Below are positions 8,336-17,092 of a stretch of 64,000 bases of DNA, one piece after another (position 1 is the stretch's first letter; each line of letters starts with the position of its first letter). The stretch spans positions 6,910 to 70,909 of the forward strand of contig JAJPHW010000138.1 of the NCBI GenBank assembly GCA_021325035.1. Reading direction: 5' to 3'. The notes under the pieces were generated by a model. That model was not told where the DNA came from, did no database searches, and was given only the letters and a program-made list of their open reading frames with translations. Both the position numbers and the translations under genes were made by a program. Source of the stretch: Terriglobia bacterium. Lineage in GTDB: Bacteria; Acidobacteriota; Terriglobia; Terriglobales; Acidobacteriaceae.

Positions 8336-10315
8336 TTACTTGTGTGGAGGGCGTGGCGCTTCCATCCGAGGTGCTGGAGCCGATGGTCTCGGAGCAGAAA
8401 CCGGCCGCTGTTGCTGCCAAGTGTTGAACTTCTGCTCTTCGCGCTGCTGCACCTCCGGCCGGTTCTGCACGGGTGGCGCAGGCCGTACCTGTGGATTTGG
8501 TTCGCGTGCCGGTTCCGACCCGCGCTGATAGCCGTTCGCCGCCGGTGGCCGCGGTACTGGTCGCTCTTGCGGAGCGGTTTGTCTTTCTGGTTGCGGCTCG
8601 CGTGCTGCGGGTTGCGCAGGACGTGGCTGCGGCTCGCGAGCTTCCGGCTGCGCCGCACGAGGCTGCGCAATCGGCTGCTCCGGTCGGCTCACTTGCGGTT
8701 TGCCCTGCTCTTCGAGCGTGGCAGGGTGCGGTTTCTCTTGCGGAGTTTCCGTCCTGACATTCGCGGGCGTATTTTGCCGCTGTTCGAATGATGGCCGCGG
8801 CGGCGAGGGATTCCGCGTAGCCACAACCTGCCGGTTCATCACGGCCACCGGAGGTTTGACTCGAGCTGGCGCTCCCGCCCCAATCACGCTGGCACGTACC
8901 GGCTGGGCAGGCGCTCTGTACGTCACTGGAGCGCTCGCCAACTTTGCATCCACCGGAGCCAGATTGCGGGCCACAGGCCGCGCATTCACGAATGTTTCAT
9001 GGTTGACCGCGGTAATAGCATTGGCCACGCGCAAGTTGGTGTAAACCGGCCTGACCACGGTGGTGGTGTTGTTGTTATTAATAATCGTTGTGTTGTAAAC
9101 ATTCGTCACCTGCGTCACGTTCACCTGCGTATTGGTGATGTTGACGTTATTCACATAGCCGCGGCTGCCGCGATACCAAGGAACGTAAACTTCGCGCGGC
9201 GCCAGCGGAAACCACGCCACGCCCGCTCCAAACGCCGGGCCGCCGCCTACAAAAGCTACGAGCGCAGGCGCGTACACAGGACGCACAACGACCGGCCCGG
9301 GAACCCAGCACCATCCCCCGCCATAGAAAGCCCAACGCCCATAGTGGAAGGGAGCAAAGCCCCAGGGTTCATCTTCCACCCAGGTCCACCCCCACGGTCC
9401 GACCCAAACCCAGTGGCCGAAACGATAAGGCGCCCAACCGACTGGAACTCCCGTCGGACGCCACACCGGACCGTAGTCGCCCGCGTAGCTCCAGTTGCCA
9501 TATTCGTCGAGGTCTTCGGCGCCCGTCATCTCCGGAGAAATATAGTTCACCGATTGCGACTGGTCTTCACGCTGGTCGCGGCTCGACGCCCAATTGTCGA
9601 AATCGTCGTTGGGTGGAAGCTGGTTGATGTCATGATTCAACTGGTCAGTCCCGTTGAACACCGCCTGCTGCCCCGCGATGACCACATAAGACTCGCCGCC
9701 GCCCGTGACTTCGCCGCGTCCGCGCCAGACGGTGGTAATTGTCTGGTCGCCTGCGGAGTTCACATCTACACGGTAATCACCCACGCGCTGAATAGTGAAC
9801 GCCAGGTTCGGCGTATCCACTTCAAACAAATCTTCATCGTCGAGGTGGCGCACTTTCAGAATGATCGTGCCTTGCGAAAGTTTGATCTGCGTGGTGCGGT
9901 CATCGAGTTCGAGGAAAGTCACGCTCGTCTCCGAGCTCATTCGCAGTGCGGTAGAACCAATGTGCAGTTCGGCGCGGGAATTTTGGTCAGCCCACAAATT
10001 GTCGCCTGTAGTCAGCGGACGGTTCGGCACAGCCTGCACCCAATCGCCTTCGCCGCCAGGCTGGAACGATACTGATCCCTCAGAGTAATTCAGACGCGCA
10101 ATCCGCCCCGGAGGGTCTTGCGCGGGTGCTTGCCCCTGATCGGGCGGCTGTCCTTGTCCCTGGTCTGGGGGTGGTCCCTGATCCTGCGGCGGGTATTGTT
10201 GCTGGTCCTGGGCTACAGACACGAGCGGGGATTGCACCATCAAAATTCCCGCCATAAAAACCGCGACTGCAAGAAGTCTTCGTAAATTCATGGAATTAGC
10301 CTCGTAGCGGCGCAA
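8336..10315 (-). CDS. Secreted FecR/DUF6600-like protein with Trp-rich and Pro-rich low-complexity regions
   Basis: 659-aa ORF with a signal peptide. It has PPDQGQ repeats, a FecR-like beta-sandwich region (RIARLNYSEGSVSFQPGG...TIILKVRH), a W/G-rich block (GHWVWVGPWGWTWVEDEPWGF) and a Pro/Ala/Gln/Arg-rich tail. Confidence 0.7.
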   Translation of the reverse strand: MRRYEANSMNLRRLLAVAVFMAGILMVQSPLVSVAQDQQQYPPQDQGPPPDQGQGQPPDQGQAPAQDPPGRIARLNYSEGSVSFQPGGEGDWVQAVPNRPLTTGDNLWADQNSRAELHIGSTALRMSSETSVTFLELDDRTTQIKLSQGTIILKVRHLDDEDLFEVDTPNLAFTIQRVGDYRVDVNSAGDQTITTVWRGRGEVTGGGESYVVIAGQQAVFNGTDQLNHDINQLPPNDDFDNWASSRDQREDQSQSVNYISPEMTGAEDLDEYGNWSYAGDYGPVWRPTGVPVGWAPYRFGHWVWVGPWGWTWVEDEPWGFAPFHYGRWAFYGGGWCWVPGPVVVRPVYAPALVAFVGGGPAFGAGVAWFPLAPREVYVPWYRGSRGYVNNVNITNTQVNVTQVTNVYNTTIINNNNTTTVVRPVYTNLRVANAITAVNHETFVNARPVARNLAPVDAKLASAPVTYRAPAQPVRASVIGAGAPARVKPPVAVMNRQVVATRNPSPPRPSFEQRQNTPANVRTETPQEKPHPATLEEQGKPQVSRPEQPIAQPRAAQPEAREPQPRPAQPAAREPQPERQTAPQERPVPRPPAANGYQRGSEPAREPNPQVRPAPPVQNRPEVQQREEQKFNTWQQQRPVSAPRPSAPAPRMEAPRPPHK

Positions 10316-10403
10316 CTACTCCGCAGTTCTTTTCTCACCAGTTATAAACACGGAATGGTCTAGATAGTTGTATATCGCGGGTAACGTTACGGCACAAGTG
10401 GCA

Positions 10404-10437
10404 ACAAAAATGCCAGCTTCGTGTACGAAACTGGCAT
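10404..10437 (-). terminator. Rho-independent terminator downstream of 10526..11548
   Basis: On the - strand: ATGCCAGTTTCG-TACA-CGAAGCTGGCAT (12-bp stem with one G-U pair) followed by TTTTTG. Confidence 0.75.
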
Positions 10438-10525
10438 ACGGTACTCGTCCGATTGTCCAGACAGTGATTTACTACAGGGGTCCCATGAAACCACTTCTAT
10501 TTCTACAACTACCCATGCCGCTTGG

Positions 10526-11548
10526 CTAAAACTTGTAAAGACCGTCGTGGTTATAACCCGCCATCCAGACATTCGCACCGTCAAAAGCGATTCCGAGGTT
10601 GCTTCCCCCCGTCGTCGCGTTAAATATCTGCTTTCCGTCGCTTAGATTAAGCCTAGAGACCACCCCGATGCATGATACCCAAACGCTAGTCCCGTCGAAA
10701 GCTATCCCCGTGGGATCTGAACTGGGATAAAAAGTACCCAAGATCACGCCATCACTTGCACGAACCTTCGACACTGTTTCGTCGCCATTGTTGGCAGTCC
10801 AAATATTTTCCCCGTCGAATGCGATTCCTTCCGGATGGCTGCCAACGCCAAATGCGCCGAGCATGTTTCCGTCGGAAGCACGCAGCTTGCTTACAGTACT
10901 CGAACTGTAGTTGGTGATCCAGACGTTCTGTCCGTCAGTTGCGGCTGCAAACGGTGATGATCCGACATTAAATGTGCCCATGACCTTTCCGTCGCTAGCC
11001 TGCAGCTTCGTAACCGTGTTGTCCTGCCAGTTCGGCACCCAAATCGCTGACCCGTCGAACGCGGGCCACCATGGCTCCCGCCCCACGTTGAACGTGCCCA
11101 GTATCTTGCCATCGCTCGCTCGAACCTTGGTTACTGTATTCGCCGCGTTGTCCGTCACCCACATGTTTGCGCCGTCATAGGCGATTCCAATCGGGTGAAC
11201 CCCGATCTTCCAATTGCCGAGCACCGTGTTGTCGCTCGCGCTGACCTTGCTGACTGTTCCATCAAGAAAATTCGCCGTCCAGATATTCGCGCCATCAAAG
11301 GCAACACCATATGGCCCTTTGCCTACCACCACGCCAGTGGTGCGGTTCCCTTCATACCACTTCAGCAAGGCAATTTTGTTGGGATTCAACGCGGTGGAAT
11401 TTTCGGGAGCCTGAGCCTGCTGCGCATGCGCTGCTCCCAACGGAATAAGAGCCAGAAAAATGCCAAAGCGTAACTTTCGTAAGAGATTCTTGCGGCTGGC
11501 TGCTTTCTCAGACGTACATACGGCGGGGCATCGCGAGGAACTGCTCAT
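10526..11548 (-). CDS. Secreted beta-propeller repeat protein (NHL/YVTN/Vgb-like), paralogue A
   Basis: 340-aa ORF starting MSSSS, with a signal peptide ending AHA-QQ. It has seven ~40-aa blades of the pattern FDG.N[IV]W..N....TV[ST]K[LV]RASDG..LGTF.VG..P.GIA. AGGAG Shine-Dalgarno upstream of the ATG. Confidence 0.8.
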   Translation of the reverse strand: MSSSSRCPAVCTSEKAASRKNLLRKLRFGIFLALIPLGAAHAQQAQAPENSTALNPNKIALLKWYEGNRTTGVVVGKGPYGVAFDGANIWTANFLDGTVSKVSASDNTVLGNWKIGVHPIGIAYDGANMWVTDNAANTVTKVRASDGKILGTFNVGREPWWPAFDGSAIWVPNWQDNTVTKLQASDGKVMGTFNVGSSPFAAATDGQNVWITNYSSSTVSKLRASDGNMLGAFGVGSHPEGIAFDGENIWTANNGDETVSKVRASDGVILGTFYPSSDPTGIAFDGTSVWVSCIGVVSRLNLSDGKQIFNATTGGSNLGIAFDGANVWMAGYNHDGLYKF

Positions 11549-11565
11549 GCTCTTGACTCCTGCTC

Positions 11566-11597
11566 AAATTACGCTGCCCCCCCCCCGGAGATGTCAA
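11566..11597 (-). promoter_or_regulatory. Putative sigma70-type promoter with a G10 tract in the spacer (paralogue A)
   Basis: On the - strand: TTGACA (11597..11592), a 20-nt spacer containing G10 (11577..11586), then TAATTT (11571..11566). The ATG is 17 nt downstream. Confidence 0.4.
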
Positions 11598-11745
11598 GTG
11601 AAATCTGTATGAATGTGCAAAGACTTGCGGCTTTTCATTGCGTGAGGAACAAAAATGCCGGTTTCCCGGTCTGAGAAAACTATACGAGAAATCGGCATCG
11701 GTCAAGAGGCAGTTTTTAACGGGAGTTAAGCCACCGGCTAAGCGG

Positions 11746-11883
11746 TCATAGCTCGGTGCGTCCAATGTCGTTGTGCCACGTGCTTACGTTCACCTGCGCT
11801 TGGCTCGGTTGGGAAGTGAGTGAAAGGATGAAGGAGAGGGAGAGGGCCGCGAAGCCAGCCAGAGAAAGCACCTTACGGCTCAT
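11746..11883 (-). pseudogene. Orphan 45-aa ORF: signal peptide plus a few mature residues (possible gene remnant)
   Basis: MSRKVLSLAGFAALSLSFILSLTSQPSQAQVNVSTWHNDIGRTEL*. It is below the ORF-track size cutoff. It reads like the N-terminus of a secreted protein that stops ~15 residues after the predicted cleavage site. Confidence 0.3.
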
Positions 11884-11938
11884 CGGAAACTTGCTCCTTT
11901 TTGAAATGTGCTACATGTTTACCGCCCCGGTACCGCGA

Positions 11939-12955
11939 TTAAAGTTTTGCCACCACTTTCGAGTTGAGAATTGAAACCCAAACGTTCGCCCCATCAAATG
12001 CCACGCCGGTGCTCGCACCAAGAGGAAACCACTCGCCCAGCGTGGTCCCGTCCGAAGCGCGAAATTTCTGAATGTAGGGGGACCCTGCAACCCAGATATT
12101 ATTTCCGTCGAAGGCGATGCCGTACGGTCCGCCAGGAGCATTAAACGTCCCAAGCACAGTCCCGTCGCTGGCCCGCAGTTTTGTAATCGTGCCTTCGCCG
12201 CGATTCGCCGTCCAGATATTGGCGCCATCAAAACAGATACCCAGCGGATTGGCGCCGACGGTGAAGGTTCCCACCAAGCTGCCGTTGCTAGCATTCAATT
12301 CCGTAACCGTGCTCGCCCCGTTATTCGCGATCCACACATGAATCCCGTCAAAGGCGGCTTGGATCGGCCCCGATCCCACCGGGAACGTGCCGAGAACCTT
12401 ACCGGTGCTGGCACGCAGCTTAACGACTGTTCCCACGCCTTGCTGACCCGAAATCGGCACCCACACGTTTGCGCCATCAAACACCGGCCAGCCGGCCAAG
12501 CCAGAAAGAGCAAATGTTCCCAGTACCTTCCCATCGGTCGCACGCACCTTAACAACCGAGTCCGATGTCGTTACCCACACGTTGGCCCCGTCGAAAGCAA
12601 CGCCGTAAACAAAACCTCCGATGTTGAACTTTCCAAGTATTGCTCCGTCGTTGGCGCGGACTTTCGTTAGAATACCTGTGCCGCTCGCGACCCAAATATT
12701 CGCCCCGTCAAAACAAACCCCATAAGGCTGGTCGGCAACTGGAAATGTTGTCGGCGCCGTGTTCGCGCCATACCACTTGAGAATTGCAATCTGATTGGGA
12801 TTCTTCAGCGGCGACCCGCCACTTTCTTGATCGTCCGCTTGTTGCGCATTTACAGAAAGCGCAAGTAGGAACGCTACAAGGCAGTTGCACAATACATTGT
12901 TAAGGCGCTTTAAATAAAGCTTAGACATCGAAGAAGCTTGCGAGGAACTACTCAT
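11939..12955 (-). CDS. Secreted beta-propeller repeat protein (NHL/YVTN/Vgb-like), paralogue B
   Basis: 338-aa ORF starting MSSSS, with a signal peptide ending VNA-QQ. It has the same seven-blade repeat pattern as 10526..11548. About half of the aligned residues are identical by eye. Confidence 0.8.
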   Translation of the reverse strand: MSSSSQASSMSKLYLKRLNNVLCNCLVAFLLALSVNAQQADDQESGGSPLKNPNQIAILKWYGANTAPTTFPVADQPYGVCFDGANIWVASGTGILTKVRANDGAILGKFNIGGFVYGVAFDGANVWVTTSDSVVKVRATDGKVLGTFALSGLAGWPVFDGANVWVPISGQQGVGTVVKLRASTGKVLGTFPVGSGPIQAAFDGIHVWIANNGASTVTELNASNGSLVGTFTVGANPLGICFDGANIWTANRGEGTITKLRASDGTVLGTFNAPGGPYGIAFDGNNIWVAGSPYIQKFRASDGTTLGEWFPLGASTGVAFDGANVWVSILNSKVVAKL

Positions 12956-12972
12956 GCTCTTGACTCCTGCTC

Positions 12973-13005
12973 AAATTACGCTGGCCCCCCCCCCCGAGAT
13001 GTCAA
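12973..13005 (-). promoter_or_regulatory. Putative sigma70-type promoter with a G11 tract in the spacer (paralogue B)
   Basis: On the - strand: TTGACA (13005..13000), a 21-nt spacer containing G11 (12985..12995), then TAATTT (12978..12973). The ATG is 17 nt downstream. Only ~100 nt separate the lon terminator from this ATG. Confidence 0.4.
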
Positions 13006-13055
13006 GTGAAATCTGTATGACTGTGCAAAGACTTGCGGCCTTTCATTGCGGGGCA

Positions 13056-13094
13056 ACAAAAATGCCGGTTTTCCGAAGTTTGGAAAACCGGCAT
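13056..13094 (-). terminator. Rho-independent terminator downstream of lon
   Basis: On the - strand: ATGCCGGTTTTCC-loop-GGAAAACCGGCAT (13-bp perfect stem) followed by TTTTTG. It lies 20 nt after the stop of the out-of-frame lon C-terminal segment (13115). Confidence 0.8.
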
Positions 13095-13114
13095 TCGTTG
13101 TAGAAATGAACGGG

Positions 13115-13324
13115 TTATCCAACCGGCTGTGCAGTCAAGGCCCGCTCCGGCTTGGCTTTTGCAGGTTTCGGCGATGCTTTCTGCTCTGTCGCAGAGGGCA
13201 GAGCAAATTGCAACACTTCGGGAATCGTCTTCACATAGTGGATTTGCACATTCTCCAATTGTTCTGGAGTGAGGTCTTCCTCCACGTTGGTTTTGTTCTC
13301 CGCCGGCAAAATTACATCCACCAC
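13115..13324 (-). CDS. lon: Lon protease C-terminal segment, out of frame with the main lon ORF
   Basis: The 69-aa frame (V)[41 protein letters not shown]... matches the canonical Lon C-terminus that follows GGVKEKVLA. It is displaced by one nucleotide from 13312..15564. Confidence 0.75.
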   Translation of the reverse strand: MVDVILPAENKTNVEEDLTPEQLENVQIHYVKTIPEVLQFALPSATEQKASPKPAKAKPERALTAQPVG

Positions 13325-15564
13325 GCCCGCGCGTTTTCGGCGAGAACTTTTTCTTTCACGCCGCCAATCGGCAGCACGTTGCCGCTTAGCGTGATTTCCC
13401 CAGTCATCGCCATGAGAGGACGTACAGGACGCCCAGTCAGCAGCGAAACCAGCGCGGTCACAATCGTGACTCCGGCAGATGGCCCATCCTTCGGAATCGC
13501 GCCCGCGGGCACGTGCACGTGGATGTCGTGGTTGGAGAAGAAATCCTCCTCAATCCCCAACTCGCTCGCGTTCGATCGCACCCAGCTATGCGCCGCCTGC
13601 ATGGATTCACGCATCACATCCTGAATTTGCCCGGTGATGGTAAATCCGCCTTTGCCTTTCATGCGGCTCGCTTCGACAAATAGAACATCGCCGCCAGCAG
13701 GAGTCCAAGCCAATCCGACAACCACGCCGGCTCGCTTGGTGCGCTCCTCAATCTCGCCCTCGCTGCGAACTTTAATTCCGCCGAGGAACTCCTGAATGAT
13801 TTGCGGTGTAACCACGAGCTTGTCGTTCTTTCCTTCAGCCAATCGCCGCGCCTGCTTGCGGCAGACCGTGCCGATCATGCGTTCGAGGTTGCGAACGCCG
13901 GCTTCCCGCGTGTAATGGCGGATAAGATAGCTCATCGCATCCGGAGGAAATTCAATCTGCTCCGCCGTAATGCCGTTCTCTTCGATCTGCCGTGGCACGA
14001 GGTATTGATAGGCAATGTGCACCTTCTCCTCCTCGGTGTAGCCTTGCAGTTCGATAATCTCCATGCGGTCGCGCAAAGGCTCCGCAATGGGATCGAGCAT
14101 GTTCGCCGTCGTAATGAACAAGACTTTCGACAGATCAAACGTCACGTCGAGATAGTTGTCGCGGAAGGTTGAGTTCTGCTCAGGATCAAGCGCCTCGAGC
14201 AATGCCGAACCCGGATCGCCTCGGAAGTCGCGCCCGACCTTGTCGATTTCGTCGAGCATGAAAACCGGATCTTTCGTCTCTGCCCGGCGAATGCCCTGAA
14301 TAATCTGTCCCGGCAATGCGCCGATGTAAGTCCGGCGATGGCCGCGGATTTCAGCTTCATCATGCACGCCGCCCAGCGAGATGCGGACGAACTTCCGCCC
14401 CAACGCTCGAGCGATTGATTTGCCCAGCGAAGTTTTGCCCACGCCCGGAGGGCCCACGAAGCAAAGAATCGGCCCCTTCATTCCCGGCTTCAAACGGCGC
14501 ACAGATAAATAATCCAGGATGCGATCTTTCACTTTCTTCAAGTCGTAGTGGTCGGCATCGAGGATTTCTTTCGCCTTGGGAATGTCCACTTCCCCGCCCG
14601 AAGTCTTGGTCCACGGCAATGCTGCGAGCCATTCCACATAGTTGCGGGTCAGCGAATAATCCGCTGCCATCGGCGACATGCGAGACAAACGCCCTAATTC
14701 CTTGAGCGCCTCCTTCTTCACCTCGTCGGGCATCCCAGCCGCTTCGATTTTCTGCCGAAGCTCTTCGCTGTCGCGAGCGCCTTCATCCTGCTCGCCCAAT
14801 TCTTTCTGAATCGCTTTCATCTGTTCGCGCAGGTAATATTCGCGCTGCGTCTGCTGCACGCGGTCCTGCACTTCCGATTGAATTTTGTTGCGAAGCTGCT
14901 GGACTTCCAGTTCTTTCGCCAGATGTTGATTAATTTTTTCCAAGCGAATGCGAACGTCGGTGGTTTCGAGCGTATCCTGCTTGTCGGCCGTTGAGAGCGA
15001 CGGCAATGACGACGCAATGAAGTCCACCAAGCGACCAGGTTCATCGATGTTCGCGGCTACAGTCGAAAGCTCGTCTGACAGAGTCGGCGATCCAGAAACA
15101 ATTTGCTGAAACAGTGTCAGCACATTGCGCTGCAGCGCTTCGACTTCAGAACTTGCTGGAGGAGCAGACTCCGGGACTGATTCAACTTTTCCCCGCATGA
15201 ACGGAGAAAGCTGGACGAATTCCGTGAGACGCACACGCTCCAGGCCTTCTGCGAAAACAAAAAGGCTCTGGTTGGGCATCTTCACAACTTTATGAACGAC
15301 CGCTAATGAACCAACGGTGTATAGATCTGCGGGTTGCGGAGAGTCAACGCGCGCTTCGCGCTGGGCGACCACGACAATGGTCTTGTCTTCTCCCAGCGAA
15401 TTGATCAACTGCACTGAGCTTTCGCGTCCCACAGTGAGGGGTAAAACTGCATGAGGAAACAGAACCGTATCGCGAACCGGGAGAATCGGCAGCGCGCGAT
15501 CGGCTGTATTGATTTCTTTATCTACCTTATTTTCAACCACTTCACTCTGAGTTTGCTTTGCCAT
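13312..15564 (-). CDS. lon: ATP-dependent Lon protease (main frame; apparent 1-nt frameshift near the 3' end)
   Basis: 750-aa ORF with a Lon N-domain, Walker [10 protein letters not shown] and the protease Ser motif [10 protein letters not shown]. After [11 protein letters not shown] the frame ends in 7 junk residues (NARAWWM*). Confidence 0.9.
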   Translation of the reverse strand: MAKQTQSEVVENKVDKEINTADRALPILPVRDTVLFPHAVLPLTVGRESSVQLINSLGEDKTIVVVAQREARVDSPQPADLYTVGSLAVVHKVVKMPNQSLFVFAEGLERVRLTEFVQLSPFMRGKVESVPESAPPASSEVEALQRNVLTLFQQIVSGSPTLSDELSTVAANIDEPGRLVDFIASSLPSLSTADKQDTLETTDVRIRLEKINQHLAKELEVQQLRNKIQSEVQDRVQQTQREYYLREQMKAIQKELGEQDEGARDSEELRQKIEAAGMPDEVKKEALKELGRLSRMSPMAADYSLTRNYVEWLAALPWTKTSGGEVDIPKAKEILDADHYDLKKVKDRILDYLSVRRLKPGMKGPILCFVGPPGVGKTSLGKSIARALGRKFVRISLGGVHDEAEIRGHRRTYIGALPGQIIQGIRRAETKDPVFMLDEIDKVGRDFRGDPGSALLEALDPEQNSTFRDNYLDVTFDLSKVLFITTANMLDPIAEPLRDRMEIIELQGYTEEEKVHIAYQYLVPRQIEENGITAEQIEFPPDAMSYLIRHYTREAGVRNLERMIGTVCRKQARRLAEGKNDKLVVTPQIIQEFLGGIKVRSEGEIEERTKRAGVVVGLAWTPAGGDVLFVEASRMKGKGGFTITGQIQDVMRESMQAAHSWVRSNASELGIEEDFFSNHDIHVHVPAGAIPKDGPSAGVTIVTALVSLLTGRPVRPLMAMTGEITLSGNVLPIGGVKEKVLAENARAWWM

Positions 15565-15734
15565 AATGTCACCTTGAGTGTATCTTGCTCAAGTTTTGAT
15601 GAATTCTACAGCCAAAAGATGCAATGCGCATCATTTTATGTCTATATCGGACGGGAGGATTCTAAACCCCAGTGGGCTAGATTGCACGGCACCATCAGTA
15701 CGTGTACGGTGCGTTTTCACCAGATTCCAAGAAC

Positions 15735-16220
15735 TCAGAGCTCTTTTTCCAGAGAATAGGCGTCCAGCCCGGTCTCGTAATAGTGCGGAATGGTGCCGGT
15801 TTTGGCATATCCGTGGCGGTTGTAGAAGGCGAGGGCGGCGATGTTATCCACTGCAGTCTCCAATCGCACCCGGAAGCATTTTGCTGCGCGCAGCCAATCC
15901 TCGGCTGCGGCTAGCAATTTCGATCCGGTTCCGGTGCGGCGAGCAACGGGCAAGACATCCACGGTGATAATGTGACCGACGCCCCGCGAACTCGCCTCGG
16001 CGATGATGAATCCCATAATTCCTGAAGGCATAACGTCTGGATCGGCAGGATGCCTTCCATCGGAAGCAGTTTCGGCGACCAACGTAAACGACTTCCTACG
16101 TTGGATGTAATCCGAAAGTTCATGTTTGGAGTAGGCAATCCCCGGCGGAAAACATTCCTGGTCTATTTTCCAGAGAATATCGAAGTCACTGCGCCGGAAT
16201 GGACGGAACGTCATTTCCAC
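15735..16220 (-). CDS. GNAT family N-acetyltransferase (RimI-like)
   Basis: 161-aa ORF. It has an acetyl-CoA binding segment (VLPVARRTGTGSKLL) and a typical GNAT C-terminus (AALAFYNRHGY). Confidence 0.8.
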   Translation of the reverse strand: MEMTFRPFRRSDFDILWKIDQECFPPGIAYSKHELSDYIQRRKSFTLVAETASDGRHPADPDVMPSGIMGFIIAEASSRGVGHIITVDVLPVARRTGTGSKLLAAAEDWLRAAKCFRVRLETAVDNIAALAFYNRHGYAKTGTIPHYYETGLDAYSLEKEL

Positions 16221-16344
16221 CCGGCTATTGTAAGCGGCTTACAAGAAATGATTCTGTACAAATAATCTTGCAAAGGGCTTGCCGTAACTGCACCCTTGGC
16301 CGTAACATGCGCATCATAGGAGTAAATGCATCCGGGTACGACGG

Positions 16345-17016
16345 GTGCGTGGTACGAGTTCCGTGGAGAACCCTCTTCTCATTAACGCCCTCGTCGTGGC
16401 CGCTATTTTTGCGCTCTGGTACACCTGTTTTACCCGTTACAACAAGAGAAAGGCCGCTCAAACCCTGCGCCGCTTCGAATCTGCCTGCTTGCATCGCGCA
16501 CGCATCACCGCACTCCACTGGCAAGGCTCGAGCAACCTGCAAGCGCAACTGGCTTTTGCTTCGCATTGGTTTGAAAATGCGCGGGTTACGGTCCGTTTGA
16601 AGCCGCGCCAACTCCCTCTGCGCTGGCTCTACTCGATCTGGCGGCGCGAGCGGGAGACGTTGACCTTTGAAGCCGATCTCGACTGCGCCCCCGGCTTCCA
16701 GTTGCAGGTGTTCCGCCATCGCTGGCTTACGCACAATCACACCCGCGGCGATGTTCAACACCGAGGTTGGGAGTTGCACCACTCCAGTCCGGTTTTGCTG
16801 ACCACGCGCAGCGAGTGGACGCAGGAATTAACTCCCGTCGTCAACACCTTGATGACCTCCCGAGGCCATAACCTGTTGAGCGTACGCTTCGGCGAAAAAT
16901 CGCCTCATCTGGCCGCGACTCTTCCTCTCGAAGCTCTGGGAGATGAACAAGCAGCGAATAGTTTCCTGAAAGTATTGCGCGCGCTGGCGGAAGGCGCATC
17001 GCTCCATCCGCAGTAA
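16345..17016 (+). CDS. Hypothetical membrane-anchored protein
   Basis: 223-aa ORF with a GTG start and one N-terminal TM helix (LLINALVVAAIFALWYTCF). No motif recognised. It competes with an overlapping 185-aa antisense ORF. Start uncertain. Confidence 0.45.
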   Translation: MRGTSSVENPLLINALVVAAIFALWYTCFTRYNKRKAAQTLRRFESACLHRARITALHWQGSSNLQAQLAFASHWFENARVTVRLKPRQLPLRWLYSIWRRERETLTFEADLDCAPGFQLQVFRHRWLTHNHTRGDVQHRGWELHHSSPVLLTTRSEWTQELTPVVNTLMTSRGHNLLSVRFGEKSPHLAATLPLEALGDEQAANSFLKVLRALAEGASLHPQ

Positions 17017-17032
17017 ATTCCTTATTCCCTTC

Positions 17033-17066
17033 AAAATAAAAAAGCCCGCTGAGCTTGCGCCCAGCG
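17033..17066 (-). terminator. Rho-independent terminator (serves 17093..18661; possibly bidirectional)
   Basis: On the - strand: CGCTGGGC-GCAA-GCTCAGCG (8-bp stem, one mismatch) followed by GGCTTTTTTATTTT. It lies between convergent genes. Confidence 0.65.
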
Positions 17067-17092
17067 AGCATTTAGAAAAATTCACCTACAAC

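Noticed and set aside
8999-10075. 358-aa + strand ORF inside the FecR/DUF6600-like gene
   Set aside because: It is an antisense ORF of a GC-rich gene with Arg-rich, low-complexity translation. The - strand frame carries recognisable domains.
15565-15734. Heat-shock control element (CIRCE or sigma32 promoter) upstream of lon
   Set aside because: There is no TTAGCACTC-N9-GAGTGCTAA-like repeat. I found no convincing CTTGAAA/CCCCAT pair at a suitable distance, only short weak palindromes.
16225-16782. 185-aa - strand ORF competing with 16345..17016 (+)
   Set aside because: Its composition is Arg/Pro/Ala-rich, with no TM, motif or Shine-Dalgarno. The + strand alternative has a clean N-terminal TM helix. 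The locus remains low-confidence either way.
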